Positions 43,793 through 53,644 of a DNA stretch of 64,000 nt are shown one piece after another. The stretch is from IMG/VR virus record IMGVR_UViG_3300021255_000123, positions 21,435-85,434 of that record. One strand, given 5' to 3'. Source of the DNA: a virus. Its lineage: Duplodnaviria; Caudoviricetes. The position numbers were made by a program, and so were the translations under genes. The notes under the pieces were generated by a model. The model searched no databases. It was given only the letters and a program-made list of their open reading frames with translations, and was not told where the DNA came from. Numbering within the stretch: position 1 is the stretch's first letter; each line of letters starts with the position of its first letter.

Positions 43793-46700
43793 ATGGCAAG
43801 AACAAACATTTCCGATTTGAAGAACAAAATCGAAAATGAGGGTATGACCGAGCAGGGTCGATTGGGTGCCAATGAGTTTAACAGACTTATTGATGCAGTC
43901 ATCGAAAACCAAGGCAGTATCCTTTCTGTCAGCTTGAACGGTAGTGAGCCTACTACTCCGGATAAGGATGGTAACTTAAACCTTACCATTGCTCTTGGCG
44001 ATTATGAGCAGGTTCTTACTATTAAGTACAACGGCAGCGAGGTCTCTGGCGGTGCATCCATACTTAGCGCTGACGGCGATGTTACTCTGCAAGTACAGTA
44101 CAAGGAAAGTTCTGTTACTCAGGGTAGCGGAGGTCAAGCTTCGTATAGCCCAACAGGTCAGATTGTCACCCTTACCGCCTATGGTGTTAGTGCCACTGGC
44201 GGTCTTTCCACTTTGTTCTCACGGTCCCTGCAGTCTGTCGGGCATGACAGTACTGTATTCACCGACATCCCGCTGAAAGATTACCTCAGCAACGGTGAGC
44301 AAAACATCCAGATTCGTATCACGAATACGATTAACGCTAATCCTCTACAGCAACTTCTTACGATTGTCAAAGCTAATCTAGAACTTCGTATTGAGGGTGA
44401 TGCCGCTTGGTATCGTGATGCAAAGATTATGAATGGCAGTAACGCCAGTCTTACGTCTCGATACATTGTGCTTGGCGCAGTCGAGAAGGCTCTGCATGTG
44501 AAATTTATTGGCGCCAGTGGCAACAGGACAATCGATGTGACTGGTATCACATCCAACTCGCCCACGGAAATCATTACCGCCACATTCACGGAGACTCTGG
44601 CCAATAATATTGGCTTCTTTGGAACCAATGGAGTAAGGACTGTTGAGGCTTGGATTACTTGTACCTATGGCACACAGACGGTAGAAAGTAACCACATCAC
44701 GAACCAAATTATCGTTGTGGCTGATGAGTCTACTGCTACTCCGATGATTGCTCTGCAGAGTAAGATTGCAACGATGCCGAACTACGAGACTGTAACAATC
44801 TTCTCGTGGAACATGTACAATCCAAGTCTCGGAACAAACGAAACTTCGGATGTTGAGTTTACTCTGGCTAACCAGACAAAGACGACCGTGTGGCTCACTC
44901 AGCTCATTGAAGATGCCGAGAACAACACCCTATACCCGTTCTCGCAGAACGTGAGTATTGAGGCTAGTGGTGACTATATCGACGTCTATGTGTTTGCAAA
45001 AGTGGATGATGTGGCCGTCGGCGACGCTGAGTTGGCATATTTCCAAGTAGACAACACTATCGACTACTCTGCTGTTGCAGGTCCAGATTTTTACATCAAT
45101 CCCGGTTTGCGCTCAAATTCTGAGAGTAATCCTGCGCGTATCATCAACTCCTACGACAATGCCGTTGTCTCCGGATGTACTTTCGAGAATATGGCATGGC
45201 AGGATGGCGTTGATGGTTGGATGCAGGGTGCCGACGGTAGACGATTCTTGCGTATCGCATCTGGTGGTAAGATTACCATCCCTTACGATGTGTACTCGCA
45301 ATTCACAAGCAACAGCCGTCACTTCCTGACAATCGAGATTGATTTTGCGGCCCGCAACATCACGAATGAGGCTGACCCTGTTATCACTATCGGCAACCGC
45401 AACTTTGCGGCTCCGAAGGGCCTCTACATGAAGCCGCTGAACGGTGCCTTTATGACCGGAAACCAGACGAACTGGGATAATGCCGATGTATCATGGCAGG
45501 AGAACACCAGAACGCATCTTGTGTTCAATATTTGCCATAACTACACAATCAGCAATCCTGATACCACTCGTGGTACTGACCAGCCGACAACGAAGACTCT
45601 GGCCCTCATCCGCACCTATATCAATGGTATCATCAATAAGGAATACACCTTTGATACCAATGAGGCTTCCGAAATCAACGCCGGAGGTGATATTGTTCTC
45701 GGTCAGGCCGGATTCCTTCTCCTGCCTTCCGAGCCAGAAGACTGGGACACCAACTATGGTAACTACTACATCTACTCCAATGGTGAGTATGTGGCTATCG
45801 ATGCGGTTTCCGCTCCCACATTTGCAACCAATACCTACTACAAGAAGATTGATTCTGGATGTGACCTCGACATCTACTGCTTCCGTGTTTATAAGGACAC
45901 AAATGACAAATCGAATCTCGGTCCTGCGGAGGTCATCAAAAACAGAATCTCGGTCCTTCCTACCGGTGCAGAACGTGCGGCTTTCAAGTCCGCTAACGAC
46001 ATTTTGCAAGGTGGTCTGATTAGCTTCAACAAGGCTCTGGCAGCTGGTTACAATTGTCTCGTTTGGCATGGTCTCCCGGTAAACAAAAACAACTCCAACA
46101 GCCAGAAGCGATACGGATATGCCGAAATCTATCGACATAAGGCCGACGGCTCTCTGGATGTCGAACACAGCGGTAAACTGTATGGCATAGAAATGAAGGG
46201 TCAGGGAACCACCGCTATGGGTTATGCAGAGTGGAATATCCAGTTCAAAGAGGACAAGAAAACCGGAAGTGGCCATGATGAGTTCAAGTACAACGATAAT
46301 GGAACGCTCCGAAACGTCTTCGTTGATGATGATGGTGTTATAGCCTATGGTAGTAGCAGCAAAAAGTTTGGCTTCAAACTTGATACCACCGACCCGGCTG
46401 GCAAGAAACTTGTTGGTAAGGTCAACTATGCCTCTTCGATGCAGAGCCACAAAGAGGGCGCTTGTAACCTTTATAACGACCTATATGCCAGTATTGTAAC
46501 AAATAGTGTTACCGACTTTAGCTCTCACGAGCGTGTGACCGTAAAGGAAGAGCCGTTTTTGTATTTCGTTCAGCGCACGGAAGGTAGCGATGACGGCCTC
46601 AAAGTATTCCAAGGTCTTATGACGTTTGGCCCCGGTAAGGCTGACAAGCCGACGTGGGGTGTAAGTGATAGCGACCTTGCAGCTGGCGACAGTATGCTCG

Positions 46701-49700
46701 AAGGTTCGTTGAACAACAACCCTCTGGGTGATGCTCGCGTACCGTTCATCGATAATGGTGACATCACTTACTCCGTAAGTAATGAGGCATTCATGTATTC
46801 CGGTGCAAAGAACCTGAATTTCAGCTTCGGAGACACCGCAGACCTTCACGACGGACAGGGTGCTTGGGAGCATGTTGTACAGGATGGTGATGAGGCTTCA
46901 AGCGAGGTGCCGACTACAGCTCAGGTGAAACTCTGGCAGCCAATTTTCAACTTCTTGTATCTCACCAATGTTGGAATCAAGCCTTGGAATGGTACTTTGG
47001 CCGAGTTGAACACTGCAGCTGAAAGTGACGACTTCGACTATAAGTCAGCCTACTGGATGAACGGCGCCGGCTCAGGCTATTCTCGTTTTGACCTATACCG
47101 TTGTCGCTATACCAGAAACGGTAACGAGGAGAGTCGCGAATTTGTTCCTGCCGGTCTCCGACTGGTACAAGGTACGAAAACATTCCTCAACTTCAACTGT
47201 CTTTACGCGACATCCACTTCCGACACCACTAAGCCGCAGGAGTATACTTCTTCGGATATGTGGTACGATACCGACTCTAACGGTATCCGCAATCTGACGT
47301 TGAACATCAAGACTGCACTGGAGAATGCTCTCGGTATCACAATTAGCACAAGCGGTGTTTCCGCTGACAGCCTGAATACCACATTCAAGACTCAGCTTGC
47401 AAATCTATTTGCATCCTATGTCAATTCCAACCTCTATCTCAATAAACAGAGTCACCTCTTCCACCATGAGATTATGAAACTCTGGGCTGGAACCGATAAC
47501 CGCTCGAAGAATACGTATTACCGTCTTAACATCACCCTCACTCGTCCGAATATGGAAATGAATGACGATGACCTTGATACTATCTTCAAGACAAACAATG
47601 CCGGTATTCAGTCCAAGCCTTACTACATCCTTGAACACGACACGGATGATGCTGGTAGAACGTACTGGGACGGTCAGGATAACGCTCTGAACAACACTCT
47701 GGAGGCAACATACGGTAGTACGCTCGGTGTTAGCGGAGACCGTCAGAATGAGTTGCAGGGTATGATGAATACTATTCTAACCCGTATGGTTGGGCTTGTC
47801 TCTGCCGGCGACACAATGCCGGATGGTACTGAGATTCCTAACACTCCTATGGGTTGCATGGATAAGTATTTCTTCAAGATTCAGAAGTACTTCCCTGCCG
47901 TGGCCTACAATGAGACTGCGCGTATCCGTTACGAGGTTCCTGCTACATTCTACATGTCGGAACAGCCAGCACAGGCCCCTCTCACTCAGTCGTTGGGAGA
48001 CCAGTACGATAGTGAGCGTGAGTATGTTAAGCGTCGTATAATCATGTTAGCCGGTTATGCCGGTTATGAGCTTGATATGCTGTCGTTCCGTGGTTATCTT
48101 GGTTCTTATACGGCCAACATCATTCCGCACTTTTGGCTCTACCCGATGTCGAAGATGGGTAATCCGTCCGACGCTCCCGTCAAGAGCAACGTTCGTGTTC
48201 CTGCCGGTACACAGTACACTCTCGGTATGGGTACTGCTGTTAGCGGTAACACTATCTTCCTGCACTTTATCAATGAGCTTACCGACATCGGCAATATCGG
48301 TCCTTGGGGTAATGGTAGCAAGGATGGTGACGCTAGTTCTATTCTTACATTCAAGTCTGAGCGACTCCGTTCTTTCAAGTGTTTTGGCGCCACAACCGCA
48401 GATGTGACGTTCCCTCTGGGCGTTGCGGATATTAGTGAGTCTACCAATATTGAGGAGATTAACTGCCGCAACTGTGCGACACTTACATCTTTCGACCGTG
48501 GTATCTCCAACCTGATGCGTCTGCGCAGCATTGACCTCCGTGGCACCAATGTAACCACGGTAGGTCTGCCCCAGACAACATCCTTGGAGACTGTTAGACT
48601 TCCCGGCGGTTTCACGGTAATCAACATTACCAAATGCCCGAATCTTGAAACCCTTTCGGTTGGTGACTTCTCAGGCATGACCCGTATTGCTATTGCAGCA
48701 CCTGTTAAGTTCAATACTCTTGAATTTATGATGGGTTGCTACAGCTACAATATCACTCAGTCAGAGAATGTTATACAGAACGTTAGCTTGACTGGTGTTG
48801 ACTGGTCAAATGTAACCGCATCCTTCCTGAATTGGCTGCTGTCTGTCAACACCCTCACGCTTACCGGACGTATCCACATGGTTCGTAACTCCAGCGGCCA
48901 GATTACCTTCGCTTTGAAGAAGAAACTCATCGAGAAGTTTGGCAATGTTGATAGTGAGTCAAACTCACTTTACATTGACTACGAATCAAATACGCTCGGT
49001 TCTGTTCAAGTTACCGGTGACGGTTACATTGGTTCTGTCGGTGAGGTGAAGCATTACGACCTCATCCCGAATGTGGCTAGCGGTAACACTATTAAGTCTT
49101 ACGCTTGGACTATCTCTGGTGGCAGTTCCGGTATCGACCCGGACGACTATGCCGAGGTTGATGCACTTGGTAATGTCACCTGCAAGCAGATGGGTGTGGA
49201 GTCTGGTGGCTCAGGTCCTACTGTCACACTCCAGTGTGTTGTGACACTTACCAACGGAAACACACTACCAGCTGTTACGATGGATATTCGTTGTTATTTC
49301 CGTCAGGCCAAACTAGGTGACTACGTGTATCACGATGGCACTTGGGATGACCGATTGAATGTCGCGAAATCTGTTATCGGCATCTGCTTCTACTGCAAGA
49401 AAGTTGTGGTTGATGGTGGCGCCGGCGACTGGTACGACCGCCGTATGGTTGCATGTGCCAACGTGAACAGCAGACCATGGGGCCTCTATCCAAATGGCGA
49501 TTCCAAGGGAACGAACGGTTTCGCCTCCAGAGGTGCTAACGCACTGAAATACATGCTTAATGGTGTTGCAACAGACCCATGGGACGTACCTCTACTGAGC
49601 AACATCACTTCTGCCGGCACCTCGTACACTACCTACGCGAACATGATTGACACCAACAACCTCGACCCCGGATTCCCGGAGAACGACCCGCAGCGCTACT

Positions 49701-50413
49701 TCAAGCAATACAGCAACAGTACGGCTGTTGGTAGATTTAATCTCGTCGAAATGGGCCAGAGTATTAAGAGCGACGTCTTCGGTTCCGACAATATGTACAC
49801 CGCAGAGAGCATGGTCCCGCAGGGCCTCTATGATACTGCTTGCATCATCCGTCATCGTAACAACGTACTTTCGGGCACCACTTACGACAACGGAACGCCT
49901 AGCAACCCTGACGACGATACGAACTATACCTACTTCAAGCCCAGCGATGACAGCCGTGGCAATCTTTCTGACATGATGTTGGCAATCAAGAATTTCGCTG
50001 CGAACACCATCGGCGACACCTACACCGATATTTACATGCGGTATCTCTATCCGGCGGCCTCTGAGTGCTTTGCTTACGAGCCTTCCGTGTCTAGCGATAA
50101 TGCTCTCGCGGATAAATTCAAGTGCCACCACTGGTATCTGCCAAGCATCGGTGAGCTTGCTCGTCTGTGCTTCCTGTCAATGACATGCTACAGTGGTTCG
50201 TCGATTTACGAAGCTTCTGCGGCTGCACTCTTTGGCGATATATTTGCCAATGCTGTAACCGCTGGTAAGTTTACCAGAATGTCGGCTTCTTACTACTGGA
50301 GTTCCACTGAGTTTAATAGCGACAGCGCTTGGTGCGGGTATTTCAGTCCAGGGCGCATCGACAGCGGTCCCAAGTACAGCACTTCCGTTGTCCGGCCCGT
50401 GGCCGCATTTTAA
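43793..50413 (+). CDS. Giant receptor-binding/tail fibre protein with LRRs, an Ig-like domain and a C-terminal C-type-lectin-like DGR target domain
   Basis: 2206 aa; LRR LRSIDLRGTNV; Ig-like YAWTISGG...VTLQCVVT; ends WYLPSIGEL...YWSSTE...AW...VRPVAAF. Confidence 0.88.
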   Translation: MARTNISDLKNKIENEGMTEQGRLGANEFNRLIDAVIENQGSILSVSLNGSEPTTPDKDGNLNLTIALGDYEQVLTIKYNGSEVSGGASILSADGDVTLQVQYKESSVTQGSGGQASYSPTGQIVTLTAYGVSATGGLSTLFSRSLQSVGHDSTVFTDIPLKDYLSNGEQNIQIRITNTINANPLQQLLTIVKANLELRIEGDAAWYRDAKIMNGSNASLTSRYIVLGAVEKALHVKFIGASGNRTIDVTGITSNSPTEIITATFTETLANNIGFFGTNGVRTVEAWITCTYGTQTVESNHITNQIIVVADESTATPMIALQSKIATMPNYETVTIFSWNMYNPSLGTNETSDVEFTLANQTKTTVWLTQLIEDAENNTLYPFSQNVSIEASGDYIDVYVFAKVDDVAVGDAELAYFQVDNTIDYSAVAGPDFYINPGLRSNSESNPARIINSYDNAVVSGCTFENMAWQDGVDGWMQGADGRRFLRIASGGKITIPYDVYSQFTSNSRHFLTIEIDFAARNITNEADPVITIGNRNFAAPKGLYMKPLNGAFMTGNQTNWDNADVSWQENTRTHLVFNICHNYTISNPDTTRGTDQPTTKTLALIRTYINGIINKEYTFDTNEASEINAGGDIVLGQAGFLLLPSEPEDWDTNYGNYYIYSNGEYVAIDAVSAPTFATNTYYKKIDSGCDLDIYCFRVYKDTNDKSNLGPAEVIKNRISVLPTGAERAAFKSANDILQGGLISFNKALAAGYNCLVWHGLPVNKNNSNSQKRYGYAEIYRHKADGSLDVEHSGKLYGIEMKGQGTTAMGYAEWNIQFKEDKKTGSGHDEFKYNDNGTLRNVFVDDDGVIAYGSSSKKFGFKLDTTDPAGKKLVGKVNYASSMQSHKEGACNLYNDLYASIVTNSVTDFSSHERVTVKEEPFLYFVQRTEGSDDGLKVFQGLMTFGPGKADKPTWGVSDSDLAAGDSMLEGSLNNNPLGDARVPFIDNGDITYSVSNEAFMYSGAKNLNFSFGDTADLHDGQGAWEHVVQDGDEASSEVPTTAQVKLWQPIFNFLYLTNVGIKPWNGTLAELNTAAESDDFDYKSAYWMNGAGSGYSRFDLYRCRYTRNGNEESREFVPAGLRLVQGTKTFLNFNCLYATSTSDTTKPQEYTSSDMWYDTDSNGIRNLTLNIKTALENALGITISTSGVSADSLNTTFKTQLANLFASYVNSNLYLNKQSHLFHHEIMKLWAGTDNRSKNTYYRLNITLTRPNMEMNDDDLDTIFKTNNAGIQSKPYYILEHDTDDAGRTYWDGQDNALNNTLEATYGSTLGVSGDRQNELQGMMNTILTRMVGLVSAGDTMPDGTEIPNTPMGCMDKYFFKIQKYFPAVAYNETARIRYEVPATFYMSEQPAQAPLTQSLGDQYDSEREYVKRRIIMLAGYAGYELDMLSFRGYLGSYTANIIPHFWLYPMSKMGNPSDAPVKSNVRVPAGTQYTLGMGTAVSGNTIFLHFINELTDIGNIGPWGNGSKDGDASSILTFKSERLRSFKCFGATTADVTFPLGVADISESTNIEEINCRNCATLTSFDRGISNLMRLRSIDLRGTNVTTVGLPQTTSLETVRLPGGFTVINITKCPNLETLSVGDFSGMTRIAIAAPVKFNTLEFMMGCYSYNITQSENVIQNVSLTGVDWSNVTASFLNWLLSVNTLTLTGRIHMVRNSSGQITFALKKKLIEKFGNVDSESNSLYIDYESNTLGSVQVTGDGYIGSVGEVKHYDLIPNVASGNTIKSYAWTISGGSSGIDPDDYAEVDALGNVTCKQMGVESGGSGPTVTLQCVVTLTNGNTLPAVTMDIRCYFRQAKLGDYVYHDGTWDDRLNVAKSVIGICFYCKKVVVDGGAGDWYDRRMVACANVNSRPWGLYPNGDSKGTNGFASRGANALKYMLNGVATDPWDVPLLSNITSAGTSYTTYANMIDTNNLDPGFPENDPQRYFKQYSNSTAVGRFNLVEMGQSIKSDVFGSDNMYTAESMVPQGLYDTACIIRHRNNVLSGTTYDNGTPSNPDDDTNYTYFKPSDDSRGNLSDMMLAIKNFAANTIGDTYTDIYMRYLYPAASECFAYEPSVSSDNALADKFKCHHWYLPSIGELARLCFLSMTCYSGSSIYEASAAALFGDIFANAVTAGKFTRMSASYYWSSTEFNSDSAWCGYFSPGRIDSGPKYSTSVVRPVAAF
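50291..50413 (+). other. DGR variable region (VR) with IMH-like 3' end
   Basis: YWSSTEFNSDSAWCGYFSPGRIDSGPKYSTSVVRPVAAF; many NNC/NNT codons (AGC GAC AGC, TGC, CGC ATC GAC AGC, TAC AGC) as expected from AAY mutagenesis. Confidence 0.75.
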
Positions 50414-50427
50414 TTAGGATAATAAAA

Positions 50428-50468
50428 CCTTCGGCGGGCGAGCTTCGACGCCTCGCCCGCCCAGAAGG
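50428..50468 (+). other. GC-rich hairpin/cruciform downstream of the VR (DGR homing element)
   Basis: Perfect 10-bp stem GGCGGGCGAG/CTCGCCCGCC extended by CCTTC/GAAGG. Confidence 0.75.
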
Positions 50469-50514
50469 TTAAAAACAGAAAATCAAACAATAAACAAAGA
50501 AAGGAGAAATTCTT

Positions 50515-50727
50515 GTGAAGGCAGAGCAGTCATCGTTGTATCGTCACCTAGAGACATTACACTTCTGGGCACTCGAAACTTTTGAGAATGTTCCAAAGAA
50601 CACGGCGTTACAGACTGACGTTAAACTCGTTGTGGAGAATATCGTTCAGGCGCAGACAGCTGTGGCGATGGCTCTTTTGACCGAATGGGTATGCCAAGCG
50701 AATGAAAATTCTGTTGTCGTACAATAA
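50515..50727 (+). pseudogene. avd: Truncated Avd-like four-helix-bundle accessory protein
   Basis: MKAEQSSLYRHLETLHFWALETFENVPK... resembles the Bacteroidota Avd N-terminus; only 70 aa, and the resemblance ends near ALLTE. Confidence 0.65.
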
Positions 50728-50860
50728 ATTTTACAAATTTGCGTACTTAAAAACAAATAAACACGTTGTTAAACTCAGAAGACAATACACAATAGGAGAA
50801 TTAAGATATGAGAAAGACAGAATGGAGAGGGCAAGAATGTCCTCCTACGTACTTGACTAG
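50681..50860 (+). pseudogene. Probable C-terminal scrap of the DGR reverse transcriptase (GYAKRMKILLSYNKFYKFAYLKTNKHVVKLRRQY)
   Basis: Open frame overlapping the avd tail; the basic/aromatic pattern resembles the end of Bacteroidota DGR RTs. From recollection, unverified. Confidence 0.45.
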
Positions 50861-51263
50861 GAACAACGGTGGTCAGCTGCAGCTGATAATCTACACCGAT
50901 GTCAGGCAAGAGATTGGAGAAAACGAACAGGTCACTTATGTGGCCACAGAAATTACAATGCCGATTGGTATTGTTGACTACGGCAGCATTGTGAGTGCCA
51001 TCATTTATGCTCACTACAGTTTCGACCAGATGCAAGCCATAGTGAACAACTACCTGATGGAAACGGACGTGTCTGTCCTGATTAACCTTTTGCAGACTAC
51101 GCAGAATTTCAACAAACTGCGTCAGGCGATGTCATCATGGCTCAGTAACCGCGACTCCGAGATTGTTGCCGAGTACAACGCCATGCAGGAGTATTGCAAG
51201 TATGCCAAGCAGCTTGCCAAAACCATCGTCAATGAATTTGAACCTAATCCAGAGGAGGAATAA
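50808..51263 (+). CDS. Hypothetical protein commonly found after tail fibre genes (IVSAII..HYSFDQMQAIVNNY...EY..MQEY..YAK)
   Basis: 151-aa ORF; recurrent motif in Bacteroidota phages. Confidence 0.75.
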   Translation: MRKTEWRGQECPPTYLTRNNGGQLQLIIYTDVRQEIGENEQVTYVATEITMPIGIVDYGSIVSAIIYAHYSFDQMQAIVNNYLMETDVSVLINLLQTTQNFNKLRQAMSSWLSNRDSEIVAEYNAMQEYCKYAKQLAKTIVNEFEPNPEEE

Positions 51264-51266
51264 GTC

Positions 51267-51731
51267 ATGGGAAGAAGCTCACAGTATAACCACTATTTCC
51301 AGCGTATCGACATTCCGGGCCAGAATGTTATCGACATCGAGGAGTATTTCCCCGGCCTGTTGTACGAGAAAGCAGATGGAATCAACAACATCGGGAAGAC
51401 CAAGAATGTCTATACCGAGGAGTATGCCGACAGCGACCGCAAGCGGTATTTCCTGCCGGACGACAACAACTACGCCAACGAGGGCACGGAGGTTACGATG
51501 ACATTCCTTGTCGTCGGCACCCCGGTCGAGAGAGAGAACATCATCCACAATTTCTTCGAGTATGTCCGCAAGGGTGTACACCGCTATTGGGACAACGCCC
51601 GCAACCGGGAGTTTGACTTCATAGTAACGAATGAGTTGAAGGTGGGAGAGGAGCGCTGGCACGGAAGCAATCCCTATGCCGAGCTGACGGTCCACATGCA
51701 GAACCTTAACGGCTACACCAGACCTCACTAG
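51267..51731 (+). CDS. Putative distal-tail (Dit)-like protein
   Basis: 154 aa; Y.EEYADSD...Y.P and TMTFL...F.EY motifs. Confidence 0.5.
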   Translation: MGRSSQYNHYFQRIDIPGQNVIDIEEYFPGLLYEKADGINNIGKTKNVYTEEYADSDRKRYFLPDDNNYANEGTEVTMTFLVVGTPVERENIIHNFFEYVRKGVHRYWDNARNREFDFIVTNELKVGEERWHGSNPYAELTVHMQNLNGYTRPH

Positions 51732-51771
51732 ACCCTTTTCTTGATATTCAATATATCCTCCTACTTTAACG

Positions 51772-51806
51772 GAAAACGGGACTCAATCGGTCCCGTTTTC
51801 TTTTCT
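51772..51806. terminator. Terminator hairpin between convergent operons
   Basis: GAAAACGGGAC/GTCCCGTTTTC followed by TTTTCT. Confidence 0.8.
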
Positions 51807-52133
51807 CAGCTGGTAGGCCAAGTCTTCGATTTCCGTTCTCTTGAAGCCTACGCTCATATTGTTCAGTTTCACTTGCTCGATACAGTGGAGTCGGCAGATG
51901 TCTTTGAACTTGTTTCTGTTCCTGATGCCGAGCATTTCCATTGCCTCGTCGTAGTTCAAGAGAGAGGTCTTGTCGTAGAACCCCTTACTCTCGGCATTGA
52001 ATCTGCTTATCATCGACATTGCGTCTGCCTCGCTGCACTCGTCGTTGTCAATCATTTTGACCGCGTGTAGGAGGAGAGAGCGCAGGTACTTCAATATCGC
52101 GGGCTTTTCTTTTCCTTTAGTTTCGGTTCCCAT
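51783..52133 (-). CDS. Protein with a C-terminal excisionase/MerR-like HTH
   Basis: LLNYDEAMEMLGIRNRNKF...FKRTEIE. Confidence 0.6.
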   Translation of the reverse strand: MGTETKGKEKPAILKYLRSLLLHAVKMIDNDECSEADAMSMISRFNAESKGFYDKTSLLNYDEAMEMLGIRNRNKFKDICRLHCIEQVKLNNMSVGFKRTEIEDLAYQLRKENGTD

Positions 52134-52489
52134 ATTTTCTTCAATCTCTTTACTTTAATGTAATGGTCAATAGCAAGAATGGTTGTTGTACTCAGTCCAA
52201 CGGCGATTATAATGGCCGGGACGAATACCATGAAATTAACAGGGAATACATCAAATAAGTTATCTATGCAGACGATGGTGTCCGACAGCAGGATGCCGTA
52301 GGCCGTCCACTTGATATACTTGCAATGATATACTCCCTGCTTCGATATGCAAAGACACAGGCATAATTCAAACAGCAGGTAGTAGGTCTGGTGCCAAATA
52401 TCAATACCGGCAGTTACAGATAGAATGTAGCACAGTATTAAGTATGTGGCCACAAGAATTACCGTGATTCTGATTAAGAATTTGCTCAT
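52091..52489 (-). CDS. Multi-pass membrane protein
   Basis: Three to four hydrophobic segments. Confidence 0.75.
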   Translation of the reverse strand: MSKFLIRITVILVATYLILCYILSVTAGIDIWHQTYYLLFELCLCLCISKQGVYHCKYIKWTAYGILLSDTIVCIDNLFDVFPVNFMVFVPAIIIAVGLSTTTILAIDHYIKVKRLKKIWEPKLKEKKSPRY

Positions 52490-52549
52490 TTTTGCTTCAT
52501 TTCTGTTTTCACTACAACAGCCTTCTCAATGATGGTGTTGTGAGCCGTT

Positions 52550-53200
52550 CTATTCGGCTTTGCCTTCACCTTGGCCTTGGTTCTCACCTTGGCTCTCGAT
52601 TTGCCCTTTGCCATAGCCCATGCGTTTTTCGTATTCTTTACCTTGTTTCTCCAGCCCGGCGGCGAAGTTCTCCATCAGCTCGTTCATGCCGACGATGAAC
52701 TTGTCGTACTCCGGGTTCTCGGTGTCTGGAGTCGGCACCTCGCCCATCTTCTGCAACAGCAGCATGTATCTCGAAGCGACATCGGCGATGGTGATGGTGG
52801 CGTCAAAATTGCTGAATATGAACATAGGAAGACGGAACACCATTTCCACAGCGCCGTTCCATGTCTCGACATCCTCCTGCGTAAGGCCCTCAGGAAGCGG
52901 GTCAATCTTGCCGTCCATGAGCAGCTGCATTGCTCCACAAGTGTTCATCAGCTTCTCGTCAACGAGGACGCTGTAGCCTCCGTGGTAGTGGAGCAGGTAG
53001 CCGTTCTTGGTCTTGTGGACTTTAGCGAACTGCAAGTCCTTCGTGTCTTCAATATCCTTCTCGCCGACATGGAATGGACTCTTGATATTCGCGTTGTCGA
53101 TTTCTTCCTCGGTGAGCTGGTCGAGGAGCTTCCGGGTCTCGATGGGGTCTTTGCTCAACTCCACGAGTCTCTCTCTTAAATGGATAATACTGTCTGTCAT
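52550..53200 (-). CDS. Hypothetical protein
   Basis: 216-aa ORF with core codon bias. Confidence 0.8.
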   Translation of the reverse strand: MTDSIIHLRERLVELSKDPIETRKLLDQLTEEEIDNANIKSPFHVGEKDIEDTKDLQFAKVHKTKNGYLLHYHGGYSVLVDEKLMNTCGAMQLLMDGKIDPLPEGLTQEDVETWNGAVEMVFRLPMFIFSNFDATITIADVASRYMLLLQKMGEVPTPDTENPEYDKFIVGMNELMENFAAGLEKQGKEYEKRMGYGKGQIESQGENQGQGEGKAE

Positions 53201-53203
53201 GGT

Positions 53204-53632
53204 TTATTCCTCCATTGCGTTGAGTTGCTGAAATACTGCGGCCTTGACAATTTCTCTGTTAAGGTCTGCGACACTGGCGTTCTCGAAGTCGATTTCGTAG
53301 GGAAGGTGAAGCGACTGGAGATAGCTGATGCGACCGTCGCGGTCTTCCTTGTCGGCGAACTTCTTGATGTTGGATTTGTCGATTTTAATGTAAGGGTACA
53401 CCTCCTCCACATGCAGGATGGGCGACGTAGCGCCGTTGATGTAGGTAACGGTGTAGGTCAGGTCCGGGTTACGTTTCACAATGCCGAAGCCGTAACTGCC
53501 GTCAATAAGTTTGATTTTGCCGATGCCTTCAATCCAGATGAAGTTTTCCGGGTCCATTTTGGCGGGCAGCTTCGTCAGCTGGGCCTTATCCAAGGCATCA
53601 GCGAGAAGTCTCTGTTCGTACTCTGATAACAT
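53204..53632 (-). CDS. Hypothetical protein
   Basis: 142-aa ORF. Confidence 0.8.
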   Translation of the reverse strand: MLSEYEQRLLADALDKAQLTKLPAKMDPENFIWIEGIGKIKLIDGSYGFGIVKRNPDLTYTVTYINGATSPILHVEEVYPYIKIDKSNIKKFADKEDRDGRISYLQSLHLPYEIDFENASVADLNREIVKAAVFQQLNAMEE

Positions 53633-53644
53633 ATTGGTTTGTAT

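Noticed and set aside
43793-51300. A template repeat (TR) for the DGR
   Set aside because: A visual search found no second copy of the VR or of GTCCGGCCCGTGGCCGCA in the window. A TR outside the window cannot be excluded.
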